Of a stretch of 64,000 bases of DNA, positions 18,990-28,208 are shown one piece after another. Under the pieces are notes generated by a model. It was not told where the DNA came from. It ran no database searches and worked only from the letters and a program-made list of their open reading frames with translations. This DNA is from a virus (lineage: Duplodnaviria > Heunggongvirae > Uroviricota > Caudoviricetes). Every line of letters begins with the position of its first letter. Within the stretch, counting starts at the first letter, position 1. The DNA is taken from IMG/VR virus record IMGVR_UViG_3300028840_008153, positions 35,143 through 99,142 of that record; one strand, 5' to 3'. A program made the translations under genes and the position numbers.

Positions 18990-19757
18990 CTATCTGACCG
19001 CTTCCATCCCGGCGGCCAACCGCTTGGAAATCTTCGCCGCGCGCTGGGAGACGGCACCTGCCGACAGCCCCAGCTTCTTGGCGATCTCATTGTTGGACAG
19101 TTTGGGTTTTCCGTAAAGACCGGTTCGCCACTCAAGGATCTTCTGATCGATCGGATCGAGATCGTGATGGATGAACTCGATGTAGATCTGCTCCGAGTCC
19201 ATCTCTTCCATCCCGGGCAGAAACTGCTCCTCGCCCTCATCGCCCAGCTGGGTTAGCGCCGACTCAGGCAACCCCGTGTTGCGGAAGGTCCGTACGTGGG
19301 CGATCCGCTTTATGGACAGTCCCGTCAGATCGGCCAGTTCCTTCTCGGAAGGCTCCCGGCCGTGCTCGTCGAAAAAGCGCTGGTGGCCCTCCTCAACCTG
19401 ATAGAGGTCCGCCTGCGCGCGCTCGGGGATGTGAACGGGCTGGGAATACTGGCGGGCGCTGCGAATCAGCGGTTGCATCTGATTCATCATGTGGGTGCGC
19501 AGCTTCGTTCCCTTCTGGGGATCGTAATTCTGAATGGCCTTGGCCGCCAGAATGCGTGCGCGTCCCTTCAACGCCTGGTTGCCCTTGCCGTAGGAACGAA
19601 GCGCCGAGTTGATGACGGGGCTGGCCGCAGTGAGCGCAAGCCCCATGTTCTGCGGGCTGGGATCGGTCTTCCACGAGTCGTAGGCCGTATCCAGACTGGA
19701 AGACGGCTCGGGCTCCGTCTGCTTGGGCTTGACGCCCGTCTTGTGGTTCCAGGGCAT
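18990..19757 (-). CDS. Phage sigma70-family sigma factor (regions 2, 3, 4; FliA/SigF-size)
   Basis: Region 2 AKAIQNYDPQKGTKLRTH; region 3 HGREPSEKELADLTGLS; region 4 HTH LSNNEIAKKLGLSAGAVSQ. Confidence 0.85.
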   Translation of the reverse strand: MPWNHKTGVKPKQTEPEPSSSLDTAYDSWKTDPSPQNMGLALTAASPVINSALRSYGKGNQALKGRARILAAKAIQNYDPQKGTKLRTHMMNQMQPLIRSARQYSQPVHIPERAQADLYQVEEGHQRFFDEHGREPSEKELADLTGLSIKRIAHVRTFRNTGLPESALTQLGDEGEEQFLPGMEEMDSEQIYIEFIHHDLDPIDQKILEWRTGLYGKPKLSNNEIAKKLGLSAGAVSQRAAKISKRLAAGMEAVR

Positions 19758-21346
19758 TACACAAGCCTCCCGCCTCGCCAGGCTTCCAGATAAAGCGGAT
19801 GATACGCGGTCGTCACGGTCTCATGTTCTTTCTCCGACCGTATGCCAACAACGCTCAACGTCGTTCCGGCCGCTCCTCCGGCGCCGTCCCCCGCCGTCAC
19901 TTGAATGGTAACGGCGCTGACCATTCCATAGAATACGTCCTTCTTGCCCGAAAAACGCTCCCCGGGCGAGTTTATCTTTATAAGGCTTCCCGGGGCAATG
20001 TCCATGCGGAGCCTCCCCGAGATCGGCATGCTCCCCCGATGGGCAAACAGCTTCTCGTGGAGGTCCGTAGCTGCCACGTTATTGCCCAGCGAGGATTCCA
20101 GAAATCTGTTCATCGCATCGCCGTAGGCCACTTGCTGGGCCTCGACGTCCGGGTTGGAGGCGTCCGGCACGGGGCCACCCAGCCCCACGGAGTGGCGCGC
20201 CTGAGCGCCCGGCGGGATGAGCCAGGGAGGCGCCTGGATGAGCTGTATCCTCCCGCCCTGCCCCGACAGCCTCTCCGCAATCGATGCCACGCCCAGTTTT
20301 GTTGCCACGGCGCTCGTGGGGTCCCACTGCGGCGTGCGAAACGTACGTGCATAGATTCCCACGGTGGCCCGGTACGCATAGTCGCGCGCGGAGAAAAGCG
20401 GGGCCGCGCCGCTCTGGTTGTATTCGTTGGGATCGATCGTGCGCCACGGCTCCCCTCCCAAATTGGGCGTCAGGGGCGCCAACACGTCCTCGTTGACGGC
20501 CGGCACGAAGTGAAACAGGAACAGGTTCTTCATGACCATGAGCGCGTCCCACATGTCGCCCTGGCCGTTGGCCGAAGCCCACGCGTCGTAGAAGTGGTTG
20601 CCCATGGCTCTGGCAATCGCCCCGCGCAAAAGCTCCAGGGGAGCGCCATACCCGGACAGCTTCAACGGGATGACCTGAAGCAGCTCACCCTTGTTGATCC
20701 GGTCGAGCGCGGCCTGCGCCTTGTCGTTGGCAAGTGTCTCGGTCCACGACGGAAGAGAGGCGAGCGCGTCCACCATGAGGGGCCGGATGCCGATCTCCCA
20801 AAGGTCGTCCTCGATTGGCTGCTGAGCCAGTGCAGCAAAAACGTCTCTGGCCACGGTCGCGCCGCCGCCCAGCTTGATCGAGATCTGGCTGTTGGAGCTG
20901 GCCAGTTCGGCAAAAGTCACGTTGTTGACCAACATGGTCGACCCGGCCAATCCGGCTGATATGCCAAACAGCGAGATCTCAAGCGAAGCGGTCTTTACGC
21001 CGCGTATGACCTTGGGCGAGGCCACGAACCCGTCAAAAACGAGTGTTTCCTCGTCGGGGAAGCCTGGATCTTTGTTGGGGGGCGCCGCCCTGCCGTCGGC
21101 TGGAACCGCCGAAGCGTATATGCGACAGCGTGTTCGGGCTTCAATGTTCGTGACCGCTCCCAGCGCCGTGGAGACCGTTCCCGTGACCGGGTCACGGCCG
21201 AGCGGAACGCGAATGACGGCGGTGGGGATCTCGTCCAGCCGGTAGTTCAGCCGGAAGGAAAGGATGGGCATCTCGATGGCCGGCTCGTCGAACTCGGCAC
21301 GGGCCCTGATGTCCAGACGGTAATAGTCGGCAACCGGATCAGCCAT
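19757..21346 (-). CDS. Baseplate hub protein (gp27/gpD-like)
   Basis: 529 aa; N-terminal beta strands, VFDGFV, GRLRMDIAPGSLIKI...FYGMVSAVTIQV typical of hub proteins; position. Confidence 0.55.
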   Translation of the reverse strand: MADPVADYYRLDIRARAEFDEPAIEMPILSFRLNYRLDEIPTAVIRVPLGRDPVTGTVSTALGAVTNIEARTRCRIYASAVPADGRAAPPNKDPGFPDEETLVFDGFVASPKVIRGVKTASLEISLFGISAGLAGSTMLVNNVTFAELASSNSQISIKLGGGATVARDVFAALAQQPIEDDLWEIGIRPLMVDALASLPSWTETLANDKAQAALDRINKGELLQVIPLKLSGYGAPLELLRGAIARAMGNHFYDAWASANGQGDMWDALMVMKNLFLFHFVPAVNEDVLAPLTPNLGGEPWRTIDPNEYNQSGAAPLFSARDYAYRATVGIYARTFRTPQWDPTSAVATKLGVASIAERLSGQGGRIQLIQAPPWLIPPGAQARHSVGLGGPVPDASNPDVEAQQVAYGDAMNRFLESSLGNNVAATDLHEKLFAHRGSMPISGRLRMDIAPGSLIKINSPGERFSGKKDVFYGMVSAVTIQVTAGDGAGGAAGTTLSVVGIRSEKEHETVTTAYHPLYLEAWRGGRLV

Positions 21347-22130
21347 CGCCCGCTCTCACTTCCTCCGCCCTGTAGGCAAAAGCCAGCAGAACCCCGCTCA
21401 AGCGGTAACTCAGAAGTGCGTGCTTGTTCCATAACTCGCCGAAGGTCTTGTAGGGATCAGAAGTTCCGAAGAGCCGTTCCACGGAGGCTTCGGCCGCTTC
21501 CAGGTCCGCAATGAGCTGCGTCAGATCCGCGTCAGGGAACGTCAACCGCGTGATCCGCCACTTCGCGCCCACCGGGAGGCTCAGTGTGGCAGCAATGCGC
21601 ACGCCGTAGTTGGCCTGCCCGGCCATGGGAATGATGTTGGTCAGCCCGTCCGTGATCACGACCGTGGTGTCCTGTTGCCGCCCGGACTGTTCGTTGGTGG
21701 ACCTTACATACAGGGCCGCCAACACTTCGAGCTGCCATGAGGGCAACATCTGGGGAACAGTGGCGTCGGCCTCCACGTCGCCAATTTCAAACAAGTTGCC
21801 TACGGCCAGCGCGTTGAGCGGCTCGATCAGCGCCGACTGGGAAGAGTCAATCACGCTGCGGTCATTGAGATATGTGAACCGCGCGTCCAGGTCCGTGACA
21901 TACTGCGCGAACTCGGTGGAGTGGAGCACGCGCATGAACTGCCACGCCCGGAAGTTCCGAAAGGCATTGTCGGGCTCTCGACCAAACAGGAGGCCATGAA
22001 GGTCCTGCATGTAGGCTGGCAACTCCAACGCCACGAAATCGGGCGGGATGTACTCTTCAAGGAAGAACGTGGCGGCCGGCCGTGCGGCGCCGTTAACGTT
22101 CATCAGGAGCGTTCGTGCGTGATTGATCAC
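21339..22130 (-). CDS. Hypothetical tail/baseplate protein
   Basis: GTG start; 263 aa; coupled to the hub gene. Confidence 0.55.
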   Translation of the reverse strand: MINHARTLLMNVNGAARPAATFFLEEYIPPDFVALELPAYMQDLHGLLFGREPDNAFRNFRAWQFMRVLHSTEFAQYVTDLDARFTYLNDRSVIDSSQSALIEPLNALAVGNLFEIGDVEADATVPQMLPSWQLEVLAALYVRSTNEQSGRQQDTTVVITDGLTNIIPMAGQANYGVRIAATLSLPVGAKWRITRLTFPDADLTQLIADLEAAEASVERLFGTSDPYKTFGELWNKHALLSYRLSGVLLAFAYRAEEVRAGDG

Positions 22131-22151
22131 CTTTGGTTAGCTCCCTGAAAC

Positions 22152-22169
22152 CTGTGAAACTTTTCACAG
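22152..22169. promoter_or_regulatory. 18-bp intergenic palindrome CTGTGAAA-CT-TTTCACAG (operator-like)
   Basis: Perfect 8-bp arms with a 2-nt centre in a 67-bp intergenic gap. Confidence 0.4.
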
Positions 22170-22197
22170 CTTTCTTGGCCTAGTGTGGGGCCTTTAC

Positions 22198-22656
22198 TCA
22201 ATCTGTCTTCGGCAGCGTGTTGATGATCATGCTGTACCGCTGGATCAACGCGATCGGGTCCGAGGCGGCACCCACGCCTGCGATCCCAAGCCCTGTAAGA
22301 AAGCCTGAGATCACCTCATCGCCAATGCTAACTTCAACCAGTGCCTGGCTTTTTGAGGCCCTATTCTGGGCATAGAAATCCAGCACTTCCTTCATCCCGG
22401 TCGATTGACCCGTGCACAGGATCGGCAGAATCATGCCCTTGACGGCCACATCGCCCATCTCGTCGCCAAAGACGTAGATGTAAACCGACCCGTCCAGCGC
22501 GTACTGGAACTGCTGATTGGTGCGCTGGTTGTAGTTGACACTCTCGATCAGCGCGGCCGTGGGATCGAAACCGCTGATCTTGACACGGCCCGGAATGACG
22601 GCCTGTCCGGGCACCACGGCCACGTATCCGGTTCGAGAATTGAAGACATCAGCCAT
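22198..22656 (-). CDS. Tail tube-like baseplate/initiator protein
   Basis: 152 aa; QFQYALDGSVYIYVFGDEMGDVAVKG tube-fold-like strands; follows the tape-measure candidate. Confidence 0.5.
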   Translation of the reverse strand: MADVFNSRTGYVAVVPGQAVIPGRVKISGFDPTAALIESVNYNQRTNQQFQYALDGSVYIYVFGDEMGDVAVKGMILPILCTGQSTGMKEVLDFYAQNRASKSQALVEVSIGDEVISGFLTGLGIAGVGAASDPIALIQRYSMIINTLPKTD

Positions 22657-24110
22657 CAGCTCATGATCTCGCCATCTTCGAGTTCTACGATTCCCAGTAC
22701 CTGGTTGTTATGGCCACGAAGTTTGAAGGTGCCTGTAACCTTCTGTTCTCGCTGAACTTCCCTGTTTTTGTCCTCATTAGCCCCGACCGCCTGCGCGCGC
22801 GGCTGGGGTTTGGGTGCGTCGATGAAGGATGCGATGGGTGAGCGCGTGGCACTGGCGCCTATTGGCGAATACGACGCCCCATGCTGTCTGGGGGAAAATT
22901 CGGACTTGGGCGGCGCCTCACCGCTGGTCTGCAAGCCATTCTGCAACCTTTCACGCTCATGCATGGCCACCTCGTTGAGATGAGGCGCCTCGTTGACCGT
23001 GATCATTTCCTGTAAGTTGGTCTCCACCCCCGACCCAGTGGGTGGGTTGGGATGCGCCACAGTGGAACCGGGCCCCATGTGTGACGCGGCACTGACAAGG
23101 GCCGGGGATGGAGGCGTGAACTTAGGCGCACGAGGGTCCTGCCCGGCGCGCACACGGCCCGCAAGCATGTGCGTTGATGCGCCAGCGGAGCCTACTCGTG
23201 CGCGCTGAGGATCGAGGACGCGAAGGTCCCTTTGCAGCGATTCTAAGGCGATCTGGTGGCGCGTAATAAGCCGATGTGTGATCGGATCATTTAGCAGCTG
23301 TTTGGCCCGTGTAGGCCCTCCCAGCGCGGAGGAGAGGGCATTCTGAACGACTTCCGGGTTCAGGTCCGCCACTTCGCGCCGCCGGCCCTCACGAATTGCC
23401 TGCGCAAGTGCGAAGACCGTCCCGTTGGGCTGGGCTTCGCCGGATCTGATCAGGGACTCGGTTCGGAGGATCTGCGCCAGCCGGGCTGCCGACGGCATAT
23501 GGTGCACCGACCCGGTGTATTCGCCGTCGAGTACCTGTTGCTGGGCCTCCCGATCGGCTCCAAGTGTCCTGGTGTGGTACTGCTGTCGGGCGAGCGGGCG
23601 CTGGTATGCGCGCACTCCGCTAGGCATCTGCGGAGAGGGAGTGCGGGGAGGGGACTTAAGCCTTGCTGGGATCGGCGCTTCCCGCATCGGGCCTGGCGTG
23701 GGGGTGAATCGAACGAGGGGTTTTCCCCTGGTTATTGTTGGAAGCGTGACACCTTTGCCCCTTAATATCGGAATCCGTTCCGAAGAATTCGGAGTCCTTT
23801 CTGACAAATTTGAAACTTTTTTTAACGAAGTTGTGAAAGGCGCCATTAAAGATGACATAGGACTAGTAGAGGGCTGCAGCTTCGAGAGCCCCTTCAGCGC
23901 CGACACCCCATTCTGAAAATCCTGAAGCAGTTTGCGGAACATGGCCAGCGGACGCTCGCCACTGCGGACCTGACGCGTCTGACCGGGTTTGGGCAGCCGT
24001 TTGGGCATCCTGCCCTTTGAGACGGGAAGATCGGGCCGCTTGCGCAGCGGCGCCTTCGCCCGCGCGGGGGCTCTTCGCTCCGAAGGTCTGTTCTTTGCAA
24101 AGTCAGGCAT
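22656..24110 (-). CDS. Pro/Arg-rich protein at the tape-measure position
   Basis: ATG 24110 with GAGGAGG RBS; 484 aa; low-complexity N-half, short helical middle, beta-rich C-end. Confidence 0.4.
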   Translation of the reverse strand: MPDFAKNRPSERRAPARAKAPLRKRPDLPVSKGRMPKRLPKPGQTRQVRSGERPLAMFRKLLQDFQNGVSALKGLSKLQPSTSPMSSLMAPFTTSLKKVSNLSERTPNSSERIPILRGKGVTLPTITRGKPLVRFTPTPGPMREAPIPARLKSPPRTPSPQMPSGVRAYQRPLARQQYHTRTLGADREAQQQVLDGEYTGSVHHMPSAARLAQILRTESLIRSGEAQPNGTVFALAQAIREGRRREVADLNPEVVQNALSSALGGPTRAKQLLNDPITHRLITRHQIALESLQRDLRVLDPQRARVGSAGASTHMLAGRVRAGQDPRAPKFTPPSPALVSAASHMGPGSTVAHPNPPTGSGVETNLQEMITVNEAPHLNEVAMHERERLQNGLQTSGEAPPKSEFSPRQHGASYSPIGASATRSPIASFIDAPKPQPRAQAVGANEDKNREVQREQKVTGTFKLRGHNNQVLGIVELEDGEIMS

Positions 24111-24351
24111 TCGGCGCCTCCTCTGCGTACCCGGTCCCGTCCTGACCGACGTACTCACCTTCTGCAGGGATCATCAGTTCAGTGATGGTTGTGGCCGGAC
24201 ACTGCGGGGACTGCATGGAGTGATCAATCAAAAGCGGCCCCTTCAACGAGTCCACCCATGCCACGACGTCTCGTTCCGGGTCGCGCGGATTCACTTCGAG
24301 TTCGCGCTTGTTGATGCCGCACAGCGCACAGGAGTATTTGATCTTAACCAT
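24103..24351 (-). CDS. Small putative Zn-binding protein
   Basis: 82 aa; CALCG...DH...SPQC; TAATG coupling with the upstream frame. Confidence 0.55.
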   Translation of the reverse strand: MVKIKYSCALCGINKRELEVNPRDPERDVVAWVDSLKGPLLIDHSMQSPQCPATTITELMIPAEGEYVGQDGTGYAEEAPNA

Positions 24352-24866
24352 TAACGCCGCCTCCCACGCGCCTGTGCTTTCCGCCTCCGCCGGTGAAGTT
24401 CAGAATATGCCGCGCGCGCGTGTTCTGCTGCCGCAGCCTCGGCATCGGCGCTGTCGCTCTTCTGGCGAAGCTCGGAGCGAATCTTGTCGAGCTTGGCCTT
24501 GTACACCGGGTCCTTCTCACGCTCCTTGAACTCTTTCCACAGCTGCGCGATCGGCTTTTCCGACCCGGTTTCCCATTGCTTATACCATGGGAGAAGGCTT
24601 TTTCCCACGGCGTTGAATGTCTTGCGGGCCTCCCTGCGATGGAACTCGAAGCGTTCCTCATGTTCATCCCACTCCACGAGCTGGGCTGCCGCGCAGTGCC
24701 AGTCGTGGGCCATGACGTTGAGACGGCTGACGAAATCCTCTTCGATGTCGCCAAGCACCCAATTGCGTTTGATCCTCCAGTAGGCGTCCTTGCGATTCGC
24801 CTTACTGAAGTCGAGACTGCCGATGGTGTGAGCGTGAACACACAGCCTTACCCATCGGCCGCCCAA
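24351..24866 (-). CDS. -1 frame extension (T part) of the tail assembly chaperone; G-T fusion about 378 aa
   Basis: Open frame with no credible independent start; entered from the 24848..25486 frame at G GAT TTT T (24872-24865). Confidence 0.6.
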   Translation of the reverse strand: MGGRWVRLCVHAHTIGSLDFSKANRKDAYWRIKRNWVLGDIEEDFVSRLNVMAHDWHCAAAQLVEWDEHEERFEFHRREARKTFNAVGKSLLPWYKQWETGSEKPIAQLWKEFKEREKDPVYKAKLDKIRSELRQKSDSADAEAAAAEHARAAYSELHRRRRKAQARGRRR

Positions 24867-25486
24867 AAATCCGGATCGTCGGCCTTTCCGACCAGGAAGT
24901 TGACCTCCTCTTCGAACTTGCGCGACGCCGCCATGAGCGCGCGGTACACGGGCGTGGGAAGCGTCATCAGGCGTGTCAACCGCTCCTGAAACGAGCCGCC
25001 CATGTCGAAGGCGCCCTTGGAGCCGGCAAGCACGAAGGACTGCAATCCGGCAGCCATCTGGTAGCGCTCCAGAGCAACCTGCCACTGCTCGTCGGACTTG
25101 ATCGCGCCCTTCTCGTAGTCCTCGTCGAGCTGCTTGTAGACCGCCTCCGAGTCCTCGACCGTGCGGTCCTGAAAGGTCGCGTCGACCTTGTCGCCGAAGA
25201 GCTTGTAGCTTTTGGCGTAGGGCTTCTCACCCAGAATGGACTCCACGAAAGCCAACTTGTCCTCAGGGCTGATCTCAGGCTCGGTGGGCTTGGGGGTCAG
25301 CGGATCGACAGGCTTCGGCTGGGTGTCATCGTGCGTCGGCGCGACCGGATCGCCGGCTTCAGCCTCCTTGGCAGCCTCGAAAAGGTCCTTGTACTCATCC
25401 TTCTTGTCCGACGGTGCCTGATCAAGCGGCACGACCGGAGGAATGTTGGGCTTGCGCCCCAGTTGGGGCTGACTGAGTTCAGGCAT
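24848..25486 (-). CDS. Tail assembly chaperone (G-like)
   Basis: 212 aa, acidic, ends DDPDFWAADG over a slippery site; lies between tube/spike and the tape-measure position. Confidence 0.6.
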   Translation of the reverse strand: MPELSQPQLGRKPNIPPVVPLDQAPSDKKDEYKDLFEAAKEAEAGDPVAPTHDDTQPKPVDPLTPKPTEPEISPEDKLAFVESILGEKPYAKSYKLFGDKVDATFQDRTVEDSEAVYKQLDEDYEKGAIKSDEQWQVALERYQMAAGLQSFVLAGSKGAFDMGGSFQERLTRLMTLPTPVYRALMAASRKFEEEVNFLVGKADDPDFWAADG

Positions 25487-25487
25487 G

Positions 25488-28157
25488 TTAGCCTCCCGCT
25501 GCTGATGGAACGGTTACCTTGTAACCCTTCTCCAATGTAGCCTTGTCGGGCGGATTGCCTTCCTTGCCGCCCTCAGCTATCGTCGCTCGATTCTTTGAGC
25601 GACCCTCTGACATGTCGAAGTTCTTCAGTTCGACGGTTGCGTATGCCTCATCGGTGGCCCAGCCCTTCTGCCCCGGATGCGGGCGCGTGGGCTGGCCGTT
25701 GGGGCTTTCCACTTCAGGCTCCAACCAGGGATTGCCGACGCCACTCACGCGAAACAGCTGCTGCCAGCGGCTCTCATAGATTACGAAGCTGGAGTCGAGA
25801 AACAGGTCCTGCTCGGTGTCCCGGAACGAAAAGCCGATCTTCCCCGGGAAGTTGAAATTGCCCGGCCGGCCGTCCGCCGTAACGACTTCCAAGGTCCGTG
25901 ACAGCGCGGAGAGCAGATCCGATTCGGACTTCTTGAGGTTCTCCTCCATCTTGTCGGCGGAGGGGTCGAACTCCAGGTCCTCTTCCAGCTCGCCCACGAA
26001 GTTGCCGCCAATGCGCTGGGCCAGCGATCCGTTGGTAACCACGGACTCCTTGAAGCGCCCGGTGCCGTGAACCACGAGCGAGCCGCCCACGAACAGGAAC
26101 CCGGCCGCCAGATCGCCCGGCGCGATTTCCAGGTACTCACCCACAACCAGCGGGCCGGAGAGCATGCTGCCGTTGGTTGTCAGCGCAAAGGACTGTGCGT
26201 CAGGCGCCGTGTCGGACGGCTTGATGGTGGTTGAGGCCACCGCCCGGGCGCGCTGCCGAATACCGGCTCCAAGCAGGACCATCTCGCCCAGCCCGGCGTC
26301 GAACGTCATGCGGCCTACAATCCCCGGCGCCATGCCGAGATGCGTTTCCCTGGCAAAGCTGTGAACCGAAGAACCAAGCGCCTTGAACGTGATGCCGTGC
26401 CCCTGCACGCGCGCGCCGTCGTTGGTGTAGTCTGCCGTGCGTGAGAGCCCCTCAGCCTTGCACTCGAACAGCATGCCGCCCGTGCCCGAGTTGCCGCAGA
26501 GCACCTGCATGTTCCGGTCGGCCTTGAGGCGGACATCACCCGCCGCCGCGCTGATGTCGGCGCAGTTGCCGGCCCGCAAGATGGCGTCGAAAGGCGCCCA
26601 GCACACGAACGAACGGCCGGGCTGCGCCCACACGTCACCGGGCGCCGTCACGAACACGGAACTGTTCAGATGGATCTGGGAACCATAACCACTCTCGATC
26701 GTGACCGAACCGTCGTCATGCATCTTGAACATGGAGCGGGAGCGGTAGTACCGGACCGTGTGTTCCTTGCGGGTATCAATGGTGAGATTGCCCACAGCGG
26801 GGAAGTCGGCAATGAATTTGTGGCCGATATTGATGACGGCAGGATCGATGATTCCCCGCTTCATGAAGTCGCTGAGTGTGCCAAGATCTTCCTCATTCGG
26901 GAGATACCAGTCCTTCTCGTGGGCATTGAGCCCTTCGATGATGTACTTGTTGAAGAGCCATGAGTGGGCGTCGAAAATCTGTGCGGGGTAGATGCCTGCG
27001 TTCTCGGGCGGTGCCTCTTCCCCGCCCTCACCCGCCTCACCGCCAAAGACGAACTCCGGCATCGAGTAGTCGTCGATCCCGGCGGGAATGTATCCGCTGA
27101 CCTGTCCTTCCTCGTCCCGGGCCGTGCGGTCCCCCTGCGTGTCGTCCGGGCGGCGCATCAGCTTCGGGACCGGGATCAGGATGGTCTTCTCGAACAGCAC
27201 CTCTTTGGCGCTACGCAGGGCGTAGGAACCGTTCAAGTCCTTGTGGATGTCCAGCACGCCCATGTGAACGGTCGCGTTTTCCTGGCGCTCTCGCCCGTTG
27301 GGCAGCTTGGGATTGGGCACCGAGAGAATCTCCCGGTCCACGTCGCCGAGGTAGCCGCGCAGCCGTGTGACGCGCGGGATGATGTCCTGGTCCCGATCCC
27401 ACGGCTCGTGGCGGGCAATGACGGATTTGGCCTTCAGCTCGCCGCCTACGAGTTCACCCCAGGCGCTTTGCGGGACGGCAATGCCCATGGCTTCCCAGGT
27501 AAACGGGGAATAGCGTTCGACATCCACGTACTCGCCGCCGTCGCTGAACTGGAAGCGGTCGGAGCCAGAGGTGAAGGTTTCGAGGTTGTAGCCCACCAGC
27601 CGCAGCAGGTCGTCGCCCCAGAAGGCTTCAATCTTCGCCGCGTCACTGGCACGCAAGCACGCCATGGCCTTGGAGATCCAAACGGCCACGCCCAACTCAT
27701 TCATCCAGCCGCTGTCGCCGGGCAGCGTGTCGGAAGGACGACCGGCCGAGAAGTTCCCTGCCACGGTCTTGCCGCCCGAGAGCGCCGAATAGTGAAGCGC
27801 GTCTTCGAATTGGCCCACGCAGCTTCGCATGACCATCGAGTCGGGAAGAATGAGTGACGAATCGGAGAGGGACTGAGGCACCGTGCCGAGCACGTAAGCG
27901 TGTTCGTCCTCGGGCCAATACATGATCAGCACATCGCTTTTGGGCTGGTATCCGCCAAGGGGGCGGGCGCCAAGCGGCGTGCCTGGGAGCAGATTGAAGA
28001 CGTCGCGCGCGGGCCGGGGAGCACTGCCGGGAGGACGGACCAGATAGGCCCCCGTGTGCGCATAGGCGTCCAGAAGCTGGACGACAGCGAAGGTGGGCGC
28101 GCCCTTGGGCTGAAACGGGCTTTCCTGGTCGCGCCCGTTTCCATTACCGTTGGACAC
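25488..28157 (-). CDS. Baseplate central spike protein (gp5/VgrG-like OB fold plus beta-helix-like repeats)
   Basis: GTG start with GAGG RBS; N-terminal OB-like DVLIMYWPEDEHAYVLG; beta-repeat segment FKMHDDGSVTIESGYGSQIHLNSSVFVTAPGDVW. Confidence 0.55.
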   Translation of the reverse strand: MSNGNGNGRDQESPFQPKGAPTFAVVQLLDAYAHTGAYLVRPPGSAPRPARDVFNLLPGTPLGARPLGGYQPKSDVLIMYWPEDEHAYVLGTVPQSLSDSSLILPDSMVMRSCVGQFEDALHYSALSGGKTVAGNFSAGRPSDTLPGDSGWMNELGVAVWISKAMACLRASDAAKIEAFWGDDLLRLVGYNLETFTSGSDRFQFSDGGEYVDVERYSPFTWEAMGIAVPQSAWGELVGGELKAKSVIARHEPWDRDQDIIPRVTRLRGYLGDVDREILSVPNPKLPNGRERQENATVHMGVLDIHKDLNGSYALRSAKEVLFEKTILIPVPKLMRRPDDTQGDRTARDEEGQVSGYIPAGIDDYSMPEFVFGGEAGEGGEEAPPENAGIYPAQIFDAHSWLFNKYIIEGLNAHEKDWYLPNEEDLGTLSDFMKRGIIDPAVINIGHKFIADFPAVGNLTIDTRKEHTVRYYRSRSMFKMHDDGSVTIESGYGSQIHLNSSVFVTAPGDVWAQPGRSFVCWAPFDAILRAGNCADISAAAGDVRLKADRNMQVLCGNSGTGGMLFECKAEGLSRTADYTNDGARVQGHGITFKALGSSVHSFARETHLGMAPGIVGRMTFDAGLGEMVLLGAGIRQRARAVASTTIKPSDTAPDAQSFALTTNGSMLSGPLVVGEYLEIAPGDLAAGFLFVGGSLVVHGTGRFKESVVTNGSLAQRIGGNFVGELEEDLEFDPSADKMEENLKKSESDLLSALSRTLEVVTADGRPGNFNFPGKIGFSFRDTEQDLFLDSSFVIYESRWQQLFRVSGVGNPWLEPEVESPNGQPTRPHPGQKGWATDEAYATVELKNFDMSEGRSKNRATIAEGGKEGNPPDKATLEKGYKVTVPSAAGG

Positions 28158-28208
28158 GGGGCTACCTCATCTGCTGCTCAATGACGACTTACGCCGCCGA
28201 ATGCCCGC

